From Planctomycetales bacterium (GTDB lineage Bacteria; 4484-113; JAFGCY01): a DNA stretch of 32,000 nucleotides. The position numbers were made by a program, and so were the translations under genes. Below are positions 1 through 6,930 of this stretch, piece by piece. Within the stretch, counting starts at the first letter, position 1. The number at the start of each line of letters is the position of its first letter. Below the pieces are notes generated by a model. The model had not been told where the DNA came from. It ran no database searches and saw nothing but the letters and a program-made list of their open reading frames with translations. The stretch spans positions 390,001 through 422,000 of the forward strand of contig CP060262.1 in assembly GCA_022646745.1 (NCBI GenBank), given 5' to 3'.

Positions 1-711
1 GAGTACCTGCTGGACAGCAGCGGCAACTTCTACTTCATGGAGATGAACACCCGCCTGCAGGTGGAGCACCCGGTGACGGAGATGATCACCGGCATCGACC
101 TCGTACGCCAGCAGATCCGCGTGGCGGCCGGCGAGAAGCTGGAGTTCCGCCAGGAGGATGTGCAGATCAAGGGCTGGGCCTTCGAGGCGCGCATCAATGC
201 CGAGGACCCCTACCGCGGCTTCATGCCGGCGCTCGGCCTGCTCAACCGCTACATCCCGCCGCAGGGCCCCGGCGTGCGGCTGGACTCCTGCGCCTACGAG
301 GGCTTCGACATCCCCTCGCAGTACGACAGCATGGTTGCCAAGCTGATCACCTACGGGCCGGACCGCGAGACGGCGGCGATCCGCATGCTGCGGGCGCTGC
401 ATGAGTTCATCGTGACCGGCGTGCGCACCACGATCCCGTTCCACGACTTCGTGTTCAGCCACCCGGTGTTCCGCAGCGGCGACTTCACCACCGCCTTCGT
501 TGACAACTACTTCAGCGAGGAGCAGGTCAAGAAGCTGGTCAGTGGCCCGCAGGAGGGCATCAGCAGCGAGCAGATCGCGCTGGCGGCTGCGCTCAAGTAC
601 TACCTGGACCGCAGCGAGGTGATCGTCAGCAACCAGGCCGACGACCGTGAGGCGGGGCGCCGCTGGGCCCTCGTCAACAGGCTGGCCAGCACCAGCTATC
701 TCCCGAACTAG
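1..711 (+). CDS. accC: Biotin carboxylase (BC subunit of an acetyl/acyl-CoA or pyruvate carboxylase), C-terminal part; the 5' end lies outside the window
   Basis: Frame 1 is open from nt 1 (EYLLDSSGNFYFMEMNTRLQVEHPVTEMITGIDLV...). This is the classical ATP-grasp biotin carboxylase signature, followed by the BC C-terminal domain. Stop TAG at 709-711. Confidence 0.9.
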   Translation, partial: EYLLDSSGNFYFMEMNTRLQVEHPVTEMITGIDLVRQQIRVAAGEKLEFRQEDVQIKGWAFEARINAEDPYRGFMPALGLLNRYIPPQGPGVRLDSCAYEGFDIPSQYDSMVAKLITYGPDRETAAIRMLRALHEFIVTGVRTTIPFHDFVFSHPVFRSGDFTTAFVDNYFSEEQVKKLVSGPQEGISSEQIALAAALKYYLDRSEVIVSNQADDREAGRRWALVNRLASTSYLPN

Positions 712-719
712 GCAAGCCA

Positions 720-1253
720 ATGAAGATCATCACCGACATCAACGACGAGCATTTCGACATCGATATCCACGTCGACACCGCCACCGAGGAGGGTTTCCTC
801 GCGACGGTGAACGGGCGGCAGGTGCACATGCGCATCATCGAGCACAAGCCGACCTCGCTGACGCTGTCAATCGACGGGCATGTCGGCTTCTACGAATTCC
901 GCAAGGACAAGGGCCGGCTCGTGGAGGTGATCCACGCCAACCGCTCCTTCCGCAGCGACATGAAGAACCCGCAGCAGGACTCGCTGGAGAAGCTGCTGGA
1001 GGCGATGGGTGCCGGCATGGGCGGCGGCAGTGCGGAGACCAACGTGGTGGCGCCGATGCCGGGCAAGGTGCTTGGCGTGTCCTGCAAGCCGGGCGAGAAG
1101 GTCGAGCTCGGGCAGATCGTGCTGGTGCTTGAGGCGATGAAGATGGAGAACGAGATCGGCAGCGTCTGCGAGGGCACCGTGCGCAAGGTGAACATCAAGG
1201 CCGGGGATACGGTGGCGGTTGGCGACGTGCTGATCGAGGTGGACCCGCAGTAG
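720..1253 (+). CDS. Biotin carrier protein: N-terminal beta-rich (BT-like) part plus C-terminal biotinyl/lipoyl domain
   Basis: The ATG lies 8 nt after the accC stop. The C-terminus reads VVAPMPGKV...IVLVLEAMKMENEI, which contains the E-A-M-K-M biotinylation motif. 177 aa. Confidence 0.85.
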   Translation: MKIITDINDEHFDIDIHVDTATEEGFLATVNGRQVHMRIIEHKPTSLTLSIDGHVGFYEFRKDKGRLVEVIHANRSFRSDMKNPQQDSLEKLLEAMGAGMGGGSAETNVVAPMPGKVLGVSCKPGEKVELGQIVLVLEAMKMENEIGSVCEGTVRKVNIKAGDTVAVGDVLIEVDPQ

Positions 1254-1255
1254 GG

Positions 1256-1277
1256 GGAGGCCAGACGAGAGTCTGGC
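1256..1277 (+). repeat. GGAGG + hairpin GCCAGAC-GAGA-GTCTGGC directly after the BCCP stop
   Basis: The exact 23-nt string GGAGGCCAGACGAGAGTCTGGCA recurs at 24897. GNRA tetraloop. Confidence 0.8.
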
Positions 1278-1284
1278 AGCGGGA

Positions 1285-1317
1285 TTCCGGTTTCGGGTTT
1301 CGGGTTTCCGGTTTCGG
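1285..1317. repeat. Heptamer array (GGTTTCG-like, about 4.5 units)
   Basis: TTCCGGTTTCGGGTTTCGGGTTTCCGGTTTCGG. Its reverse-complement counterpart is at 2549-2579. Confidence 0.8.
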
Positions 1318-1361
1318 GGGAATAGGCTCGCATGCGCTCGGGTGGCTAGTGTGCTAGCCCG

Positions 1362-1454
1362 GTCAATCAGTCAAGAAGTCAAACAGTCAACCACCTGCAT
1401 CGAGCATTTCCACAAGGGCAGTTGTTGACTCTGTGACTGATTGACTATGTGACT
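1362..1454. repeat. Long 8-nt-periodic word palindrome: (GTCAANNN)x4, ~35-nt spacer, (TTGACT/GTGACT NN)x4
   Basis: GTCAATCAGTCAAGAAGTCAAACAGTCAACC ... GTTGACTCTGTGACTGATTGACTATGTGACT. Confidence 0.85.
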
Positions 1455-1748
1455 TTTTCCATGGCCATCAAACGCTCGGGTGGCGACGAGCAAGGTATCA
1501 AAGGGATTCCTTAACGCTAAGGCGCGAAGACGCGAAGGAAGTCAAGGGAAAGCATGTTCCATCGAAAAGCTAAGTACCGGCGTTGCCCCGCAACGCCTGC
1601 ACGCGAGCGGCTGCTTCGTGCGCAATGAGTCTCGCGAGTGAGGGCAAGTTGCCAACTTCTTCTCTGTGTACTCTGTGGCTCTGTGGTCATACGAACGGGA
1701 ACATCTGCCACGAAAGCATCATGACAACAGGCATATCCCGTATTGCCA
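1362..1748 (+). repeat. Composite repeat family A, copy 1 (~390 nt): word palindrome, GGCTCG/CGCTCGGGTG box, TTCCTTAACGC...AAGGAA box, GTACCGGCG hairpin, CTCTGTG words, CATATCCNGTATTGCCA
   Basis: Modules are collinear with 3773-4153, including an exact 34-nt block (1507-1540 = 3914-3947). Confidence 0.8.
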
Positions 1749-1810
1749 CTCCCTCTGACAAGCGAACTTCGAGGCATGCACTACCAGTCGCGGCCAGGCC
1801 GCGCCGGTAC
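1574..1810 (+). repeat. Shorter unit bounded by the same GTACCGGCG-hairpin ... hairpin-CGCCGGTAC termini
   Basis: GTACCGGCGTTGCCCCGCAACGCC at the left end, GCGGCCAGGCCGCGCCGGTAC at the right end. Confidence 0.55.
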
Positions 1811-2092
1811 AACCTTCCTTTGGGAATTCTTCTCCTTATATTCCTCCGCACTTCCGCGTCAATGAAACCAGACGGCGAGCAAGTTGTCACTCGCGCGAAT
1901 GCGCGGCTCGCTTGCGTCCGGGTGGCAACGAGGCATTCGGAGCGGTTCTGGTTAACGCTGGGTCGCTGGGACGCTGTGGAATCCAAGGAAACAATTTCCC
2001 TTTGCTCGCCAAGGACCGGCGGCGCCCTGCGAAGCCAACACGCGAGTTGTGGCAACGGGGCAGGATGCTGCGCGAGTGAGGCAATCGAGATG

Positions 2093-2150
2093 GAAGTAGG
2101 GATGGGGTAACACCCCATCCAGGGCGGCGGTATTACCGCCGCCCTACTTC
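2093..2150 (+). repeat. Y-shaped element type 1: outer stem GAAGTAGGG/CCCTACTTC enclosing hairpins GATGGGGT-AAC-ACCCCATC and GGCGGCGGTA-T-TACCGCCGCC
   Basis: The pairing can be read directly from the sequence. Further copies at 8552, 10917 and (inverted) 25062. Confidence 0.85.
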
Positions 2151-2220
2151 ATACGGAAATGGCAACGAGCGGTAATCAAGGGGCTTGCTTAACGCTAAGT
2201 CGCAAATGAAAGAAAGGTTT

Positions 2221-2265
2221 GTCAGGCTCATTGCTCACTCTTCATTGCTCATTGCTTGCCGGCAT
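2221..2265 (+). repeat. TCATTGC heptamer-word module (GTCAGGCTCATTGCTCACTCTTCATTGCTCATTGCTTGCCGGCAT)
   Basis: Near-identical copies at 4288-4332 and 4439-4483. Confidence 0.85.
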
Positions 2266-2548
2266 CCACTCCCAGTCGCACGAAGTGTGCGCCGCTACCC
2301 ATTCCACTCACGTTCATCGTAAGGTTATTGAAAATGAATTCTCCGCGCCTCTCTTCAATCTCAGCGTCTCCGCGTCAATAAAACCAGGCTGGCGAGCAAG
2401 TTGTCACTCGCGCGGCTGCGCGGCTCGCATGCGCTCGGGTGCATGCGAGGTGACGATGCGAAGGTTTTGTCAACGCGGAGCCGCGGAGTCGCGGAGGAAT
2501 TCAGGAGAAGACTCTCCACAGGATCAACAAGTGCTGCAGTTCTGATTG

Positions 2549-2579
2549 CCGAAACCGGAAATCGGAAACCCGATACCGG
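2549..2579. repeat. Inverted counterpart of the 1285-1317 heptamer array (CCGAAAC-like)
   Basis: CCGAAACCGGAAATCGGAAACCCGATACCGG. Confidence 0.8.
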
Positions 2580-2630
2580 GTTGTCAGAATGGATTCCGGC
2601 CTCCAAGCCAAGCTTACAGCTTGGCCACCC

Positions 2631-3554
2631 CTAGCCCGCCGCTTCCTGCTCCATGTCGCTATTGCCGCTGTTGCGGTGCTGCTCCATCCACCAGGCGCCG
2701 TAGTCCACCATCGCACGCACGCGCACCAGGCGGCTGTCGGCGCTGCCGACGCGGCCGTAGAGCGTATGCTCAGTGTCGCGCTCGAACTCATCCTTGATGG
2801 CGATGAAGTCGCTGTCATTGCTGGCGAGGTCCTCGAACTCAACCCAGCGGCGCTGGCCGTCGATCAGCATGCTGCAGCCCTCACGCTGCATCCGCTTGCC
2901 CTGCCAGCGGCCGATGTGCTCGGAGAGGTGCAAAGTCGAGTTGGTGCGCACGCCGAGTGACAGCACCTGGCCGTCGAGCTCATACAGGCGGCCGAGCGGG
3001 GAGCGCTCGCCGAACTGGCAGTCCAGCGGATGCTCACGGGTGATTTCGTGGGCCAGGCGGCCCCAGGCGCAGACGCTGACGATCGGGTGCATGCTGCGCT
3101 TCACGCCGGGCAGGCTGCGGAACAGCTCAGCCACGCGGCCGACGCCGCGGCTGGGGGAGATCTGCGGGATGTAGGGGGCCATTTCCTCGCGGATGCTCTG
3201 GTGCCATTCAGCGGGGACCGGCGGGTCCTGCCAGTTGGCGGGATCCGTGTTCCAGGTGGTGAAGGCCGGCATCACGATCGTGCCGTCGGGGGTGACGACA
3301 TTGACCAGCGCACTGATCACGGTCTGGGCACCGCCGCAGACCCAGCCGAGGCTGGACATCGAGCAGTGCACCAGCACGTCCATGCCGGGCTCAAGCCCGA
3401 GCTTGCGCAGGTCACGCTCCAGCGCCTGCTGGGTGACGGGAACCTGGCTGCGCCCGACGACGCTGTGTTCCGAGATGACATCACCGTTGCTCCCGTTTGT
3501 GGACGGCGCGAACGGAGTGCGTTCGATCTGCTGGATTGTGTGCCCCGGTCTCAT
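2631..3554 (-). CDS. Aminoglycoside N3-acetyltransferase family (AAC(3)/YokD-like) protein
   Basis: 307-aa ORF. LRKLGLEPGMDVLVHCSMSSLGWVCGGAQTVISAL..DGTIVMPAFT and the later LHLSEH block fit the AAC(3) family layout. TATAAT (3566..3561) lies 6 nt upstream of the ATG. Confidence 0.75.
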   Translation of the reverse strand: MRPGHTIQQIERTPFAPSTNGSNGDVISEHSVVGRSQVPVTQQALERDLRKLGLEPGMDVLVHCSMSSLGWVCGGAQTVISALVNVVTPDGTIVMPAFTTWNTDPANWQDPPVPAEWHQSIREEMAPYIPQISPSRGVGRVAELFRSLPGVKRSMHPIVSVCAWGRLAHEITREHPLDCQFGERSPLGRLYELDGQVLSLGVRTNSTLHLSEHIGRWQGKRMQREGCSMLIDGQRRWVEFEDLASNDSDFIAIKDEFERDTEHTLYGRVGSADSRLVRVRAMVDYGAWWMEQHRNSGNSDMEQEAAG

Positions 3555-3560
3555 GTGGAG

Positions 3561-3566
3561 ATTATA
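3561..3566 (-). promoter_or_regulatory. -10 box TATAAT, 6 nt upstream of the AAC(3) ATG (leaderless geometry)
   Basis: Plus strand ATTATA at 3561-3566, spacer 3555-3560, ATG at 3554..3552. Confidence 0.5.
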
Positions 3567-3703
3567 CGAATTTTCAATTAACAGTTAAAATCGAGTGTGC
3601 GGCGGGTAAAGTCCCGGCAAGGGCTGTTCCAAACGGGAGAGCGCATGAATAAAGGGCGCAGCAAGTGTCAGAACCTTGCGTGGACCATTAATTAAATCTT
3701 CCT

Positions 3704-3744
3704 AAAATCGACAAAAGACGCAAATCGGGGCGGTTTTCGCGTCT
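3704..3744 (-). terminator. Candidate intrinsic terminator on the minus strand
   Basis: Minus-strand sense reads GACGCGAAAACCGCCCCGATTTGCGTC followed by TTTTGTCGATTTT. The stem has one bulge and a U-rich tail. It lies ~800 nt downstream of the helicase stop, after the repeat tract. Confidence 0.35.
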
Positions 3745-3772
3745 CATTTGGGCAAATAGGGAGCAGGAAGCC

Positions 3773-3864
3773 AGTCAAGCAGTCAACGAGTCAATAAGTC
3801 AATCACTGGCTTCGAGCAGGCTTAAACGATTTAGTTGACTCTGTGACTCCGTGACTATTTGACT
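3773..3864. repeat. Second copy of the AGTCAA/TTGACT word palindrome
   Basis: AGTCAAGCAGTCAACGAGTCAATAAGTCAATC ... GTTGACTCTGTGACTCCGTGACTATTTGACT. Confidence 0.85.
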
Positions 3865-4153
3865 AGTGATAGGCTCGCATGCGCTCGGGTGACGGGAAGG
3901 CTGTATCTACGGTTTCCTTAACGCTAAGGCGCGAAGACGCGAAGGAAACGAAGGGAAAGAAAGCCCCAACGGAACACAGTACCGGCGCGGCCCTGCCGCG
4001 ATTGCACGCGAGATGTGGCAATTGAGGCAAGGAATGACGTGAGAGAGGGTCTGTTGCCAACAATTTCTCTGTGAACTCTGTGGCTCTGTGGTTATACAAA
4101 TCGAGGCATCAACCGAGAAGTCATCAGGATGTAAGTCATATCCAGTATTGCCA
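3773..4153 (+). repeat. Composite repeat family A, copy 2
   Basis: Collinear with 1362-1748. The exact 23-nt ATAGGCTCGCATGCGCTCGGGTG (3869-3891) is also at 1322-1344. Confidence 0.8.
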
Positions 4154-4287
4154 GGCCCGTCTGGCCTTTTGAGTCAAGCGGTGGCGTGACGAGGCGCGCA
4201 ACTGCGCGATATGCTGCGTGCTCGCCTGTCTGGTTTTATTGGCGCAGAGGCGCAGAGATTCAGGAGGCGCAGAGGATTAAATTGCAT

Positions 4288-4332
4288 GTCAGGCTCTTTG
4301 CTCATTCTTCATTGCTCATTGCTTGCCTGCAT
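4288..4332 (+). repeat. TCATTGC word module, copy 2
   Basis: GTCAGGCTCTTTGCTCATTCTTCATTGCTCATTGCTTGCCTGCAT. Confidence 0.85.
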
Positions 4333-4438
4333 GCTCTCCCAATCGCACGAAGCGTGCGCCGCTACTTCCTGGCAATATGGAGCTTAGGGTTTGATTAACA
4401 CAGAGATCCACAGAGTCCCACAGAGGTATTCAATATCC

Positions 4439-4483
4439 GTCAGGCTCATTGCTCATTCTTCATTGCTCATTGCTTGCCGGCAT
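4439..4483 (+). repeat. TCATTGC word module, copy 3
   Basis: GTCAGGCTCATTGCTCATTCTTCATTGCTCATTGCTTGCCGGCAT. Confidence 0.85.
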
Positions 4484-4489
4484 ACCGAG

Positions 4490-4534
4490 CCTGACTGGCG
4501 TCAGGCCTCCGCGCCTGGCTAGCGCCAGACCTCC
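4490..4534 (-). repeat. Two GGAGG + hairpin units immediately after the helicase stop codon
   Basis: Plus strand reads CCTGAC-TGGC-GTCAGG CCTCC, then CTGGC-TAGC-GCCAG ACCTCC. In gene sense the order is TAG C GGAGG-hairpin GC GGAGG-hairpin. Confidence 0.8.
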
Positions 4535-4535
4535 G

Positions 4536-6887
4536 CTACCAGTCGTTGTCATTCCACTCCAACTGGGCCTCGTCGTAGCTGCCATCGGGCAGCTTCGTGA
4601 GGAAGCGGCTCGGGCGGTTGATGATGCGCTGGAAGTCATGCGTCTCGCTGATCATCGGGTAGCTCATGAACAGCAGCTGCTCGGCGCGCGTGACCGCCAC
4701 GTAGAACAGCCGGCGCTCCTCGTCCTCGCCCTCCGGGTCCGTGCGGCTCATGCGGTGCGGGATCACGTCGTCCTGCACATGCACGAGGAACACGGTGTGC
4801 CACTCCAGCCCCTTGGCCTGGTGGATCGTTGACAATGTGACCGCGCCCTCCTCCGGGTCGTCCGCGCCCTCGACCTCCTGGCCCTGCAGCTCGCTGCCGC
4901 TGAAGCTGCCGTTCAGGCCGATCTCGGCTAGGAAGGCGGTGACCGTGTCGAACTGGTTGGCGAAGATCTCCAGCTGCTCGAGGTCGTCCAGCCGCTGGCG
5001 CCAGTTCTCCCATTTCATCTGCAGGTAGTCACTGTAGCGCTCGTCGATCACGCGGCGGATCAGCTCGGAGGGCGGCGTTGTCAGCGCCTCCGGCTCGAGC
5101 TTCTCGAGGAAGCTCTTCAGTTCTCCGAGCGTCTCCTTGGCCTTGCCACGCACGCCTTCCACCACACCGTTGTAGATGAACTTCTGCAGTGGGTTCTGCA
5201 CGCGCAGCTTGCCGACCACACCGGCGACCGTCTTCGGGCCGACGCGATCGCACATCTCGAGCATGCGTTGCCAGGCCAGCTCGTCATGCGAGTTGGCAAG
5301 CACCAAGAGGTAGCTCAGCACGTCCTTCAGGTGCGCCTGCTCGAAGAAGCGCAGGCCGCCGCGCACCACGAAGGGAATGCCGCGGCGCGTGAACTCCAGC
5401 TCGACCTCCAGCCGGTTGGCATGCGCGCGGTAGAGCACGGCGATCTGCTTGTAGTCCAGCTGGTGCTCCTCGCGCAGGGACAGGATCTGCTCGCAGACGA
5501 ACTCGGCCTGCTCCTCGCGCGAATTGCAGGCAACCAGCAGCGGGCGGTCCTCGGAGCTGGGCTTGACACTGACCAGCTGCTTCTTAAACTCAGCCGGTCC
5601 CTCGCCAAGGATGGCGTTGGCAAGGTCCAGCACCTGCGGCGTGGAGCGGTAGTTCGTCTCCAGCTTGCAGATGTTGGCACCGGGGAAACTCGTGGGGAAG
5701 CTGAGGATGTTGCGGAAGTCGGCACCGCGGAAGGAGAAGATGCTCTGGGCGTCGTCACCGACCACGAACAGGCTGCGCCCCTGGGGAGCCTCCGGGCTGT
5801 CCTCGACGGGCTCCTCCAGGTCGTCATTCGGCTCAGGCACTTCTGTGCGCAGGGTGGTGGACATGATGTCAATCTGCTGCCCGGCGAAGCGAGCGGCGTT
5901 GAAGGGATCGGAAGGAGTAGCAGAAACAGAATGAGAATCAGAAGGAGAATCATAATCAGAAGCAGAAGCAGCAGGCAGCGGGGCGGGTACGTCCGACTCG
6001 TCATCGCCAACTGGTACGGCCGGTTTCTCCTCACCGCGCGGGTCGCCGAATGTCTCCGCGCGCTCCCTCATCATCTTCTCGGTGACGGGGAAGTTCATCC
6101 ACTTCACGATCTCGGCCTGGATGTGGTTGACATCCTGGTACTCGTCGACGAGCAGCTGAGTGAAGCGGCCGCATAGCCGGCGGCGCACGCCGGGGTGTTC
6201 CTGCAGCAGCTTGAGCCAGTTGATCAGCAGGTCGTCAAAGTCCATCTGGTTGCTCTGGAACTTGCGCTCCGTGTAGAGGATCAGCACGCGCTGGATCTCG
6301 GCGTACTGGTCATACAGGTGCGGGTAGCGCGCGGAGAGCAGGCTTTCGAGGTCGGTGTTGGTGTTGACCATTGCGCTGCCGATATCAACCAGCACGCGGT
6401 CGCTCGGGAAGCTCTTGCCGCTGCCCTCGATGCCGGCCTCCGTGCGGCAGAGCTTCATCACCTGGCGCTGGTCGGCACTGTCGAGGATCGTGAAGCTGGA
6501 GTTGAAGCCGATGTGGCGCGAGTAGCGGCGCAGCACTAGGTTGGCAATCGAGTGGAAGGTCCCGCCGGTGATTTCGCGCGCCGGGCGGCCGATCAGGGCC
6601 TCGGCGCGGTCCAGCATGCTCTTTGCCGCCTTGTTGGTGAAGGTCGTCATCATGATCCGGCGCGGGTTGATGCGCAGCTCGCCAATCAGGTAGGCGATGC
6701 GGTAGACGATCACCCGCGTCTTGCCACTGCCGGCCCCGGCCAGCACCAGCGTGGCACCGAGCGGCGCGGTGACTGCGGCGTACTGCTGCTCATTGAGCTC
6801 GGCGCGCCAGTCGATGTTGAAGGGGGAGTGACGCTCCTCAGCCGTGCGGCTGAGCCTGATCCTCCTGATGTCGCGGTTCTCCGTCAC
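4536..6887 (-). CDS. UvrD/PcrA/Rep-family ATP-dependent DNA helicase carrying a ~100-aa low-complexity insertion between helicase motifs II and III
   Basis: LNEQQYAAV, Walker A AGAGSGKT, LLVDEYQD, VVGDDAQSIFSFRGA, TNYRS, TIHQAKGLEW and LFYVAVTRA motifs are all present in order. GTG start at 6887..6885. Confidence 0.9.
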   Translation of the reverse strand: MTENRDIRRIRLSRTAEERHSPFNIDWRAELNEQQYAAVTAPLGATLVLAGAGSGKTRVIVYRIAYLIGELRINPRRIMMTTFTNKAAKSMLDRAEALIGRPAREITGGTFHSIANLVLRRYSRHIGFNSSFTILDSADQRQVMKLCRTEAGIEGSGKSFPSDRVLVDIGSAMVNTNTDLESLLSARYPHLYDQYAEIQRVLILYTERKFQSNQMDFDDLLINWLKLLQEHPGVRRRLCGRFTQLLVDEYQDVNHIQAEIVKWMNFPVTEKMMRERAETFGDPRGEEKPAVPVGDDESDVPAPLPAASASDYDSPSDSHSVSATPSDPFNAARFAGQQIDIMSTTLRTEVPEPNDDLEEPVEDSPEAPQGRSLFVVGDDAQSIFSFRGADFRNILSFPTSFPGANICKLETNYRSTPQVLDLANAILGEGPAEFKKQLVSVKPSSEDRPLLVACNSREEQAEFVCEQILSLREEHQLDYKQIAVLYRAHANRLEVELEFTRRGIPFVVRGGLRFFEQAHLKDVLSYLLVLANSHDELAWQRMLEMCDRVGPKTVAGVVGKLRVQNPLQKFIYNGVVEGVRGKAKETLGELKSFLEKLEPEALTTPPSELIRRVIDERYSDYLQMKWENWRQRLDDLEQLEIFANQFDTVTAFLAEIGLNGSFSGSELQGQEVEGADDPEEGAVTLSTIHQAKGLEWHTVFLVHVQDDVIPHRMSRTDPEGEDEERRLFYVAVTRAEQLLFMSYPMISETHDFQRIINRPSRFLTKLPDGSYDEAQLEWNDNDW
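5921..5975. repeat. AGAATG/AGAATC/AGAAGC hexamer-word array inside the helicase coding sequence (antisense to the gene)
   Basis: CAGAAACAGAATGAGAATCAGAAGGAGAATCATAATCAGAAGCAGAAGCAGCAGG. It shares the exact 19-mer GAAACAGAATGAGAATCAG with intergenic 31441-31459. Confidence 0.8.
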
Positions 6888-6893
6888 ATATCC

Positions 6894-6899
6894 ATTTTA
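6894..6899 (-). promoter_or_regulatory. -10 box TAAAAT, 6 nt upstream of the helicase GTG
   Basis: Plus strand ATTTTA at 6894-6899, spacer 6888-6893, GTG at 6887..6885. Confidence 0.45.
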
Positions 6900-6930
6900 C
6901 AGGCAGGAAACGGGTGTATAGGGGAAGTGG

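Noticed and set aside
2093-2150. tRNA or tRNA-like gene suggested by the cloverleaf-like Y elements (also 25219-25270)
   Set aside because: There are only two inner hairpins, no T-loop (GTTCRANNC) or D-loop consensus, no anticodon arm of the right size and no CCA or discriminator context. The elements are dispersed repeats present in both orientations.
1517-2634. ORF-track ORFs inside the first repeat tract (1517..1777-, 1583..2110+, 1687..2118-, 1887..2084-, 2219..2545+, 2361..2606-, 2401..2634+)
   Set aside because: They overlap each other on both strands and are composed entirely of the dispersed repeat modules. They have no start-signal geometry and give low-complexity or Cys/Arg-rich translations. 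Similar open frames appear wherever the same repeats occur (3863..4099, 4186..4398, 8277..8600, 8718..8942, 10906..11163, 24968..25332, 27598..28150, 29013..29625), which is what repeats in GC-rich DNA would produce, not genes.
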